Source of the DNA: an uncultured Bacteroidaceae bacterium
GTDB taxonomy: Bacteria > Bacteroidota > Bacteroidia > Bacteroidales > Bacteroidaceae
Assembly: GCA_964439955.1 (NCBI GenBank)
Contig: CAYTPX010000001.1
Location: 41,334 to 105,333 of the forward strand
DNA length: 64,000 nt
Reading direction: 5' to 3'
Both the position numbers and the translations under genes were made by a program. Numbering within the stretch: position 1 is the first letter of the stretch; each line of letters begins with the position of its first letter. Of the stretch, positions 1-7,645 are shown piece by piece. Below the pieces are notes generated by a model. It searched no databases. It was not told the DNA's origin and worked only from the letters and a program-made list of their open reading frames with translations.

Positions 1-1045
1 GCTGCGCGCCCTGCTGCAGGCAGTCCGTCCACAGGGGCGGCACTTTCATCGGCACCGCCCCCCGCGCACCGCGCGCCTTGGCTTTCGCCGCCCGCGCCAC
101 GGCAGGCGACCGGGAGTCCGAAGTCTTCCGCAGGAGGCAGCAGAAGAATCCCTCGCCCCGCAGCCGGTGGGGCAGGAAACGGCAAGCCGGGAGTGGCATC
201 TCCTCCCCGCCTTCGGGGAGGCTACCCGCTATGCCCCACCCGGGCGCGGCGGGCAGAACCACGGGCTCCGCCCCAAGATGGCGGCAGATCCAGCGCACGT
301 TGTCCTCGTTTTCGTCCGTGTTGAAAGTGCAAGTACTATAAAGGAACAGCCCCCCGGCGCGCAGGGCCGGCCAGACCCCGGCCACGATGTCGCGCTGCCG
401 CCGCGCACATTGCTCCACGTTGCGCAGGCTCCATTGGGCCACGGCCTCGGCATCCTTCCGGAACATGCCCTCGCCCGAGCAGGGCACGTCGGCCACCACC
501 AGGTCGAACACGCCGCCCAAAGCGCCCCATTCCCCAGCATGGGCGGAAGCGACGATGCAGCCGGGATGGCCCCACTTCTGCATGTTCTCGCGCAAGACGG
601 CAGCACGCTGGGGCACTACCTCGTTGCTCACGAGCAAGCTACCCGAGGGCAGCACGCCGCAAAGCAGCGTACTCTTGCCGCCCGGCGCGGCACACAGGTC
701 CAAGACGCGCTGCGGCCCGTCGAGGAAACGGGACAGGAGGGCGAGGGACATGGAGGAGGCTTCCTGCACGTAGTAGGCACCGGCATGGAAAAGGGGGTCA
801 AACGTGAAGGGGAAACGCCGCGCCAGATAGAACCCCTCGCCACACCAAGGCACCCGCCCCACCTCCGTCCCGGCGGCAAAGCCGCGCACCGTGCCGCCCG
901 CAGCAGCGGCGGATTGCAGCTTGGCGCGGTTGAGGCGGACGCTCGTGTGCGGCTCTTCGGCCGCGACGGCTTGCAGGAAATCGGCACATTCCCCTTCGGG
1001 GAAAAGGCGGCGGGCGGCGGCTATGAAATCTTCGGGCAGGGTCAT
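1..1045 (-). CDS. RsmB/RsmF-type (NOL1/NOP2/Sun) RNA cytosine-C5 methyltransferase, C-terminus cut by window edge
   Basis: Absent from ORF track (no stop in window). Hand translation of minus strand from ATG 1045-1043 gives MTLPEDFIAAARRLFPEG... with DLCAAPGGKS (SAM motif), VADVPCSGEG and LYSTCTF (catalytic Cys motifs). Confidence 0.8.
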   Translation of the reverse strand, partial: MTLPEDFIAAARRLFPEGECADFLQAVAAEEPHTSVRLNRAKLQSAAAAGGTVRGFAAGTEVGRVPWCGEGFYLARRFPFTFDPLFHAGAYYVQEASSMSLALLSRFLDGPQRVLDLCAAPGGKSTLLCGVLPSGSLLVSNEVVPQRAAVLRENMQKWGHPGCIVASAHAGEWGALGGVFDLVVADVPCSGEGMFRKDAEAVAQWSLRNVEQCARRQRDIVAGVWPALRAGGLFLYSTCTFNTDENEDNVRWICRHLGAEPVVLPAAPGWGIAGSLPEGGEEMPLPACRFLPHRLRGEGFFCCLLRKTSDSRSPAVARAAKAKARGARGAVPMKVPPLWTDCLQQGAQ

Positions 1046-1047
1046 GG

Positions 1048-1140
1048 AGGGAAAAGGGCTAAGGGTTTCGGGAAAAAGGGGCAAGGCTTCCGGGGAAAAG
1101 TGCCGCCGTTTCCCGCGGGAAGCGGCAGCGTTCCCCCTCC
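1048..1140. repeat. GGAAA..TTTCC palindromic intergenic repeat cluster (approximate bounds)
   Basis: gggaaaagggctaagggtttcgggaaaaaggggcaaggcttccggggaaaagtgccgccgtttcccgcggg; shares GGCAAGGCTTCC and AAAGTGCCGCC..TTTCCCGC modules with 8192-8254 and other loci. Confidence 0.7.
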
Positions 1141-1156
1141 GGGGCGGGCAAGGGCG

Positions 1157-2125
1157 TCAGCGGCGGAACTTGCGCGCCACGCGGTCGTAGGCGGGGGTTT
1201 CCACGCCGTGCGCCCGCGCCGCGTCAATCAGGTCGAAGAGTTGTCCTTGGATCTCCGACTCATGTCCGCGGGCCAAGTCCTTCTGTAGCGAAGCAGTGCT
1301 GGCCGAGTCGAGCGCGTCGATGACGCGGAGGTTGGCTTCCACCGGGTCTTCGCGGAAGGTGATGCCCATCTTCTCGCCCAAGGCGCTACTCTCGCGGGTA
1401 AGGGCCACGAAGGTATCGCGCTCGGGGCCCGGGCGTTGGAGCGCGCCCATGGGCACGTCGTAATAAGCCCCGGTGCAGGCCATGGCGCTGATGAAGCCCC
1501 ATTTTGCGAACGTGTCCCGCACGATGTCGTCGGAAAGCACGGCCTTGATGCCAGCCGCCCGCAACGTTTCCCGCAGCAACTCCAGTTCCCCGCGCCGCAC
1601 GCCGTCGCCCTCGCGCGCACCGAACACCAGCCGGAGCACCGGCCCCATCTGCGTGATTTCCCCGGGAGCATTGACGAAACCCACGATATAGATGCACCCG
1701 TCGATGACGCGCGCCCCGGGACAGGCGCGGGCGATGCGGGAGCCCGTGCCAAACACGTTGAGCACGGGCAGGACAATGCTGTCGGGTCGTGCGGCACGGG
1801 TGATGCACCCGGCCACGCCAGCCACGGAATAACCTTTCACGCAGACCAGCACCAGGTCGGCCGTCCCACGGTAGTCGTCGGCCGTACAGGCGGCCAGGAA
1901 GGGGGCGCCCGGCGTCTCCCCGCCCGCAGGGCGCGGCTCCTGTCCGGGCGCATATACGGGCAAGACGACCTCGCCCTTCAAGTCGGAGTGGAACTTGAGC
2001 CCGCTGTCGAGCATGCGGCGCAGGTGCTCGCCGCGGGCTATGCAGCATACTTCATGGCCGGCCAGCGCCAGGAATGCGGCCAACGAGCCGCCCACGCCGC
2101 CGGTGCCTACGATGAGACATTTCAT
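1157..2125 (-). CDS. panE: 2-dehydropantoate 2-reductase (ApbA/PanE family)
   Basis: ORF 1157..2224 trimmed to ATG at 2125 (MKCLIVGTGGVGGSLAAFLALAGHEV, N-terminal Rossmann GxGxxG); the discarded N-terminal part lies in the repeat-filled spacer. Confidence 0.8.
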   Translation of the reverse strand: MKCLIVGTGGVGGSLAAFLALAGHEVCCIARGEHLRRMLDSGLKFHSDLKGEVVLPVYAPGQEPRPAGGETPGAPFLAACTADDYRGTADLVLVCVKGYSVAGVAGCITRAARPDSIVLPVLNVFGTGSRIARACPGARVIDGCIYIVGFVNAPGEITQMGPVLRLVFGAREGDGVRRGELELLRETLRAAGIKAVLSDDIVRDTFAKWGFISAMACTGAYYDVPMGALQRPGPERDTFVALTRESSALGEKMGITFREDPVEANLRVIDALDSASTASLQKDLARGHESEIQGQLFDLIDAARAHGVETPAYDRVARKFRR

Positions 2126-2144
2126 AACGTACGGTATTTTTGAG

Positions 2145-2215
2145 GAAAACGTGCGGCGCTTTTTCCGAAAACCTCCGGCACTTTTGTACCAAAGTGCCGC
2201 CTGCTTTCGCCCGGT
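2145..2215. repeat. palindromic intergenic repeat cluster
   Basis: cgctttttccgaaaacctccggcacttttgtaccaaagtgccgcctgctttcgcc. Confidence 0.6.
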
Positions 2216-2241
2216 GCGCCGCATCCCGGGGCGGGAGGGGG

Positions 2242-3345
2242 CTACACGTTGAAACGGAAGTGCATGATGTCGCCGTCCTGAACGACATAGTCCTTCCCCT
2301 CGATGGCCAACTTCCCGGCCTCACGCACGGCGGCTTCCGAACCGTAGCGGATGAAGTCGTCGTATTTGATGACCTCCGCGCGGATGAAGCCCTTCTCGAA
2401 GTCGGAATGGATGATGCCCGCGCACTGCGGGGCCTTGCTGCCCTTGCGGTACGTCCAAGCCTTCACTTCCATCTCTCCGGCCGTGAAATACGTCTCAAGT
2501 TGCAGCAGTCGGAAGGCCGACTTGATGAGCCGGTTGACGCCCGACTCCTGCAAGCCGACGGACTCGAGGAACATTTTCCGGTCTTCATACGTGTCCAGCT
2601 CGGCTATGTCTTCCTCCGTCTTGGCAGCCACCACAAGCACCTCGGCCTCTTCACCGGCGACCGCCGCGCGCACCGCCTCGACATATTGGTTCCCGTCCAC
2701 GGCCGAAGCCTCGTCCACGTTGCATACGTACAAAACAGGCTTGTTGGTCAGCAGGAAAAGGCCGTGCGCTATTTGCTGTTGCTCCTTGCTTTCCCACCGC
2801 ACCGTCCGCGCGGGGCGGCCTTGGGACAGCGCTTCGCGGTAGGCCTCCAGCACCTCGCACGCGGCGCGCGCCTCCTTGTCGCCGCCCGTCTCGGCCTGTT
2901 TCCTGACGCGCTGGAGGCGGCCCTCCACGGTCTCAAGGTCTTTCAGCTGGAGCTCCGTGTCGATGATTTCCTTGTCCCGCACCGGATCGACACGGCCATC
3001 GACATGTACGACATTGCCATCGTCGAAACAACGGAGCACATGGATGATCGCGTCCGTTTCCCTTATGTTTGCCAAGAACTTGTTGCCGAGGCCTTCGCCT
3101 TGGCTCGCCCCTTTCACCAAGCCCGCTATGTCTACTATCTCAACCGTGGCCGGTACGACGCGGCCGGGATGGACTATCGCGGCCAAGCGCCCGAGCCTTT
3201 CGTCGGGGACGTTGATGACGCCCACGTTAGGCTCAATGGTACAGAAAGGAAAGTTGGCCGATTGCGCCTTTGCGCTCGACAAACAGTTGAAAAGGGTGGA
3301 CTTCCCCACGTTGGGCAGCCCGACTATTCCGCATTGGAGGCTCAT
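2242..3345 (-). CDS. ychF: ribosome-binding ATPase YchF (OLA1 family)
   Basis: ORF 2242..3645 trimmed to ATG at 3345: MSLQCGIVGLPNVGKSTLFN (P-loop), 367 aa, C-terminal ...DGDIMHFRFNV typical of YchF. Confidence 0.93.
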   Translation of the reverse strand: MSLQCGIVGLPNVGKSTLFNCLSSAKAQSANFPFCTIEPNVGVINVPDERLGRLAAIVHPGRVVPATVEIVDIAGLVKGASQGEGLGNKFLANIRETDAIIHVLRCFDDGNVVHVDGRVDPVRDKEIIDTELQLKDLETVEGRLQRVRKQAETGGDKEARAACEVLEAYREALSQGRPARTVRWESKEQQQIAHGLFLLTNKPVLYVCNVDEASAVDGNQYVEAVRAAVAGEEAEVLVVAAKTEEDIAELDTYEDRKMFLESVGLQESGVNRLIKSAFRLLQLETYFTAGEMEVKAWTYRKGSKAPQCAGIIHSDFEKGFIRAEVIKYDDFIRYGSEAAVREAGKLAIEGKDYVVQDGDIMHFRFNV

Positions 3346-3389
3346 ATCTTCTTCTTGAGTTAATGGGGTCTGTATTGTTGATGCAGGCG

Positions 3390-3397
3390 CAAAGATA
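3390..3397 (-). promoter_or_regulatory. Bacteroidota-type -7 promoter box (TATCTTTG) for ychF
   Basis: Plus strand caaagata = minus TATCTTTG, matches TAnnTTTG consensus, about 45 nt upstream of the ychF ATG. Confidence 0.45.
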
Positions 3398-3414
3398 CGA
3401 AGAACAAACCGTTC

Positions 3415-3510
3415 GGCGAAACCCCTTGCCGCTTTTCGCGAAAAGCGGCAAGGCTTTTGCAGGGAAACGCACGCGCTTCCCGCGGAAAGGGGCGGCACTT
3501 CCCCCAAGGA
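3415..3510. repeat. palindromic intergenic repeat cluster
   Basis: ccttgccgcttttcgcgaaaagcggcaaggcttttgcagggaaacgcacgcgcttcccgcggaaaggggcggcacttcccc. Confidence 0.7.
3424..3453. terminator. perfect 30-nt palindrome, probable bidirectional terminator between the nuclease gene and the ychF promoter
   Basis: CCTTGCCGCTTTTCG/CGAAAAGCGGCAAGG, 15-bp perfect arms, T-rich on both flanks; built from two inverted repeat modules. Confidence 0.45.
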
Positions 3511-3541
3511 GGCGTGCCCCCCGGAGGCCAGCCCCGGGACG

Positions 3542-3566
3542 CCGGGGAAGGCGGCGGAGGGGCTCA
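3542..3566. repeat. left copy of short direct repeat flanking the MTase-nuclease cassette
   Basis: ccggggaaggcggcggaggggctca; compare 6223-6239 gcgggggaaggggctca; in both copies the final tca is the stop codon (TGA) of a minus-strand gene. Confidence 0.4.
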
Positions 3567-4688
3567 ACGGGCGGACTTGCGGCGGTTGCACGTGCGGCAG
3601 AGCATCTGGCAGTTCTCTTCCACGGTGCGCCCGCCCTTGGCCCACGGCACAATGTGGTCGGCCTCCATCTGCCCGTAATCGAATTCCCCGTGGCAGAGCG
3701 GGCAGACGTGCCCCTGTTTCTCCCAGGCGGCGAGCTTGATGTCTTCGGGAAAGGCGCGCAAGTCAAGGTGGCGCTCGTCGCCCGTCAGGACATAGGGTAT
3801 GATGCCTTTCGGGCGTTGCACCTCGCCGTCGAGCAGGAGTTGCGCGATGCGTCGGCCGAGGGCGGCAGTGTCGAGCGCCTGCGTGCCGTAGGTGTCGTAG
3901 TAAAGGGCCCAGTCGTGGCCTTTCATGATGCGGCGGAACTTCTTCGGGTCGAAGTTGGTCAGGGCCCAATTCAGCACGTTTTGGAAGTACGTCCACAGGT
4001 TGTTTGCGTTGGGGTCGTGCTGGTGGCCGGCCATGTAGCCCACGGCGGTCTGCGGCTTGCCTTGGCGCGTCTCGTGCCCGGCCATCCACTCCAGCGCCTT
4101 CCGCAGGAAGTCTTGGCGGATGGGCGTACCGTCCACCAAGTCCTTGCCCAAGCGGTAGGCGCCGCAATTGGACTTGGAAAAGTGGCGTTTCGCGTCCGAA
4201 ACGAACGGGCCGGCATAGACCGCGTTGCGTATTTCCTGCTCGTTGAGCGGCTTGCCCGCTATGTTGATGGTCTTGAACCACTCCAGCTTTTCCGAGGGTT
4301 CGCCCGCGCAGACGTAGACTATAAGGGGATAGTCGAGGATGCGCCGCTGCACATCGGAGGGCTGGTTGAAGAAGTTCTTGAAATCGACCGAGAACTTTCC
4401 GGCCACATACTGGCACAGCGAGAGCGTGCGCTGCTGCCCGTCCATCACCTCGTAGGGGCATTCCGCGTCGTCGCTGCGGCGCACCCAGTACATCACGTTG
4501 AGCGGATAGCCTTGGAGCACAGCGCGGATGACGGCCTGCTGCTCCGCTTCGCTGTAGATGAACTCGCGTTGGTAGGGAGGGCGGATGTCCAATTGGCCGT
4601 GATAGCCGCGCACGCCCTGCTCTTCGTTGTTGGTATAGCCGTCGACTACTTCGCCTACGGTTATTTTCTTTTGCTCAATGGTCATCAT
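3564..4688 (-). CDS. DUF262 (ParB/Srx-like, GmrSD N-terminal type) domain protein fused to a C-terminal HNH endonuclease
   Basis: 374-aa ORF; IRPPYQREF and VMDGQQRTLSL (DUF262 signatures); C-terminus CPLCHGEFDYGQMEADHIVPWAKGGRTVEENCQMLCRTCNRRKS (CxxC..DH..N..CxxC HNH). Confidence 0.85.
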   Translation of the reverse strand: MMTIEQKKITVGEVVDGYTNNEEQGVRGYHGQLDIRPPYQREFIYSEAEQQAVIRAVLQGYPLNVMYWVRRSDDAECPYEVMDGQQRTLSLCQYVAGKFSVDFKNFFNQPSDVQRRILDYPLIVYVCAGEPSEKLEWFKTINIAGKPLNEQEIRNAVYAGPFVSDAKRHFSKSNCGAYRLGKDLVDGTPIRQDFLRKALEWMAGHETRQGKPQTAVGYMAGHQHDPNANNLWTYFQNVLNWALTNFDPKKFRRIMKGHDWALYYDTYGTQALDTAALGRRIAQLLLDGEVQRPKGIIPYVLTGDERHLDLRAFPEDIKLAAWEKQGHVCPLCHGEFDYGQMEADHIVPWAKGGRTVEENCQMLCRTCNRRKSAR

Positions 4689-4724
4689 GGGACTGCTGCT
4701 TTTTTGGTTTTTCTTACTTACATC

Positions 4725-5765
4725 TTAGATTCTGCGCTTGATAAATAGACGCTTATACTTACGTTTCCCGTCAACAAGGGGCTGGGCAACACGACTCGTA
4801 GCAAGCCACAATCCATTAGAAAAGCCTTTCCCTTCGCTTTCTGTTGCACCTATTATTTCGAATTGCTCAGGGTTATATTTGTCGAGGAACGTGACGGGTA
4901 TGCCCATTACGCCGTCGTAATCGCACGGGATATCAGCGGTTTTGCTTACTTCTATGGCATCGTAGTTGTCATACTTCGGGTACTCTACGGGTGAATAGTG
5001 GCATACGAGGTCAAGTTCCTCGTAGCGTTTAGGTATTTCTATATTGGTGAACCAAGTAACACCCGATACACGTATCATCCCCTTCCTATGGTCATTTGCC
5101 ACAGCAGTGTCCTCATAAGGGGAAAGAAAATGCGCCGCATTTCCCTTGAAGCCATAGCCTAACCAAAGTTTATTACCTCGTATTAAGGGAAATATCTCCT
5201 TATAAGTCAAGGCATTCTGGTGGCCGATTATGAGAAATTTCTTGCCGTGCTCCATCAGTTGTGCCACGTATTCGCGGAAAAGGGAGAAGGGCGGATTGGT
5301 CACTACGATGTCGGACTGCTTCAAGAGCTCTATGCATTCGTGCGAGCGGAAGTCGCCCGTTTCGAGCTGGGAGCAGACGTTCTTTCCGTTTTGCAGCAGG
5401 ACACGCACATCGGAGAGGTCGACCGCGCCGTCGCCGTTGAGGTCCTTCACTTCGGTAATCTCTACCTTGTAGGCCGGTTTCGCCGGGGCTCCGGCAAATC
5501 CGTCGAAGGGAAGGAGCAGCTCGTTGCCCTGCACGGGCGAGCCATCGTAGCAGGTGCAGATGAGCCGGCGAAGGCCGAGCTGGTTGAAGTGGAGGGCGAA
5601 ATACTTGAAGAAGTTGCTCTCATAGGGGTCGTCGCAGTTGCAAAGCACGGTTTTGCCCCGGAAATGCGGCCAATAGTGCTGCAACTCGCGCTCGATGTCG
5701 GAGAGTTGCGTGTAGAACTCGTCCTTCTTTGCCGCCTTCGCGGCGTTGAGTCGTTTGTTTGCCAT
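4725..5765 (-). CDS. DNA N6-adenine methyltransferase, EcoRI-methylase-like family
   Basis: ORF 4725..5804 starts at TTG; preferred ATG at 5765 (MANKRLNAAKAAKKDEFYTQ); motif IV IVVTNPPFSLF; family assignment from memory of similar Bacteroidales proteins; 36 bp upstream of and co-oriented with the DUF262-HNH gene. Confidence 0.85.
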   Translation of the reverse strand: MANKRLNAAKAAKKDEFYTQLSDIERELQHYWPHFRGKTVLCNCDDPYESNFFKYFALHFNQLGLRRLICTCYDGSPVQGNELLLPFDGFAGAPAKPAYKVEITEVKDLNGDGAVDLSDVRVLLQNGKNVCSQLETGDFRSHECIELLKQSDIVVTNPPFSLFREYVAQLMEHGKKFLIIGHQNALTYKEIFPLIRGNKLWLGYGFKGNAAHFLSPYEDTAVANDHRKGMIRVSGVTWFTNIEIPKRYEELDLVCHYSPVEYPKYDNYDAIEVSKTADIPCDYDGVMGIPVTFLDKYNPEQFEIIGATESEGKGFSNGLWLATSRVAQPLVDGKRKYKRLFIKRRI

Positions 5766-5769
5766 GGGC

Positions 5770-5947
5770 GATTGATAGTCTAAACGCGGCATCGGTGCTA
5801 TCAATCGCCTGCACGCAATAAGAAAAGGGCATGGCCATCTTATTGCGTCCTGCGAGGCAGCCTAGGAATGAAGCCTCTCCACATTTAATAAGCGCCACAC
5901 CCTTATGGGCGTGAGCATAGCTTATTCCAAATGTGGAGAGCATTCCT
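5770..5947 (-). promoter_or_regulatory. structured leader/operator region upstream of the MTase: three consecutive inverted repeats
   Basis: IR1 gattgatag 5770-5778 / ctatcaatc 5798-5806. IR2 gcaataaga 5815-5823 / tcttattgc 5838-5846. IR3 aggaatg+ctctccacattt+aataagc 5864-5893 pairing with gcttatt+aaatgtggagag+cattcct 5920-5947. Confidence 0.4.
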
Positions 5948-6124
5948 GGGCGGAATTCCTTACCTATTATTTTCGGTATCCTTATATCTTTTGCTACAAA
6001 GTTTCCTAGGCTTTTAGCAGAACGCGAAATAATAGCTAATGCTTCGTATGGGTCAATATGTCGTTTGTCTCTCGTTAGTTTACTTCATAGGCAGTGGTTT
6101 CGTGTCCCGCGGCGGGGACGTTTG

Positions 6125-6232
6125 GGGCAAAAGTAGGGAATTTCTGCAAAAAAGTGCCTGCGCTTCCCGGAAAAAGCGCTTGCGCCCCACGGCAAAAGCG
6201 GCAAGGCGGCCGGCAGGGAGGCGCGGGGGAAG
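6125..6232. repeat. palindromic intergenic repeat cluster
   Basis: gcaaaaaagtgcctgcgcttcccggaaaaagcgcttgcgccccacggcaaaagcggcaaggcgg. Confidence 0.65.
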
Positions 6233-6239
6233 GGGCTCA
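6223..6239. repeat. right copy of short direct repeat flanking the cassette
   Basis: gcgggggaaggggctca, ends in the murI stop codon; see 3542-3566. Confidence 0.4.
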
Positions 6240-7058
6240 GAGGCGTATGTGGCGCGCCGAAACAGGCTGGCGGAGGAAGAGGGAAGCCGAGGCGTCGAAC
6301 TTGCCGGCGGCCTCGGTGGTGAGGTAAACGCACTGCCCGCCGCGCGCGCAACGCTGCTCGATTTCGGGATGGCGGCGGAGGTAAGCGTCCAGGCTGGCAG
6401 CCACGTAGCCGCCTTGTGCCAGGACTTCCACCCCGGGAGGGAGGACTTGGCGTATCTTGGGCAGGAGCAGGGGGTAGTGGGTGCAGCCCAGAATGAGCGT
6501 GTCGATGAGGGGGTCGCGGGCAAGGAGCTGGCCGAGGTACTTATGCACGAAGTAGTCGGCGCCAGGCGAGTCGTGTTCGCCGTTCTCCACCAGCGGCACC
6601 CACAGGGGGCAGGCCTGCCCGTTGACCACGATGCCGGGGTAGAGTTTGTGTATTTCGAGCGTATAGCTCTGCGAAAGGATGGTGCCCGCCGTGGCCACAA
6701 CGCCCACGTGGCGGCTGCGGGTGAGCGCCCCGAGGGCTTCGACGGTGGGGCGGATCACGCCCAGCACGCGGCGCGAAGGGTCGATAAGTGGCAGGTCGCG
6801 CTGCTGGATGGTGCGCAAGGCCTTGGCCGAAGCGGTGTTGCAGGCCAAGATAACCAGCGGGCAGCCCATGGAGAAGAGCTGCCCGACGGCTTCTTTGGTG
6901 AACTCATATACGACGTCGAAAGAGCGTGTCCCGTAAGGCGCACGGGCGTTGTCACCCAAGTAGAGGTAGTCATACTGGGGCAAGCGGGCGCGGATGCTCT
7001 CGAGTATCGTAAGGCCGCCATAGCCGGAGTCGAAGACTCCTATCGGCCCAGTGCTCAT
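6237..7058 (-). CDS. murI: glutamate racemase
   Basis: GVFDSGYGGLT, ILACNTASA and LGCTHYPLL motifs; 273 aa. Confidence 0.93.
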   Translation of the reverse strand: MSTGPIGVFDSGYGGLTILESIRARLPQYDYLYLGDNARAPYGTRSFDVVYEFTKEAVGQLFSMGCPLVILACNTASAKALRTIQQRDLPLIDPSRRVLGVIRPTVEALGALTRSRHVGVVATAGTILSQSYTLEIHKLYPGIVVNGQACPLWVPLVENGEHDSPGADYFVHKYLGQLLARDPLIDTLILGCTHYPLLLPKIRQVLPPGVEVLAQGGYVAASLDAYLRRHPEIEQRCARGGQCVYLTTEAAGKFDASASLFLRQPVSARHIRL

Positions 7059-7074
7059 GTCTGCGTGAGGGGGC

Positions 7075-7584
7075 TTATTGCGCGCCGACTTTGGCCTTGA
7101 TCTCGTCGGTAAGATCGATGCTTACCTTGTCGTTCACGTAGGGGATGCTGGTGGAATTGAGGTCGAAGATGTAGGTCATTCCCTGCGTATCGCCCACGGA
7201 CTTCACCGCATCATTGATCTTGAGCACGATGGGTTCCATCAGCTTCTGCTGCAACTGGGAGAGGTCCTGGTCGGCGAACTGGGCGTACTCCTGCACCTTT
7301 TGCGCCATGTCCTGCAGCTCCTTCTGGCGGCGTTCGGCAATGTTCTGCGGCAAGGAGTCTTGCGCGCTCAGGAATTCCTCCAGTGTCTTCTGGTATTCGG
7401 TGGTGATGCGCTTGTACTCGTCGTCGTGCATTTTGCTCTGCCTGTTCATCTCATTTTGTGCTTGGGTGAACTCGGGCATGCCTTGGAGCACGTCGCTGCT
7501 CCTGAAATGTCCGAGCTTGATGGTTTGTGCCGCAGCACTCATAGGCAGCGCGATGAGCGCCGCCAAGGCAAGTTTCTTGATCAT
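7075..7584 (-). CDS. skp: OmpH/Skp family periplasmic chaperone
   Basis: 169 aa, signal peptide, coiled-coil K/E/Q-rich body, position downstream of bamA as in other Bacteroidota. Confidence 0.85.
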   Translation of the reverse strand: MIKKLALAALIALPMSAAAQTIKLGHFRSSDVLQGMPEFTQAQNEMNRQSKMHDDEYKRITTEYQKTLEEFLSAQDSLPQNIAERRQKELQDMAQKVQEYAQFADQDLSQLQQKLMEPIVLKINDAVKSVGDTQGMTYIFDLNSTSIPYVNDKVSIDLTDEIKAKVGAQ

Positions 7585-7645
7585 GATTCGCTTTTGGTTT
7601 ATAGTTTATTGTTTTGGATGCATGCAAGGTAACACAAAAAGGCGG

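Noticed and set aside
5620-6136. ORFs 5620..5943 (-) and 5933..6136 (+) as a controller protein or antitoxin of the cassette.
   Set aside because: The first reads through the palindromic hairpins and then overlaps the MTase out of frame. The second lies in 37-40% GC spacer with no HTH or other motif. Both are more simply explained as chance ORFs.
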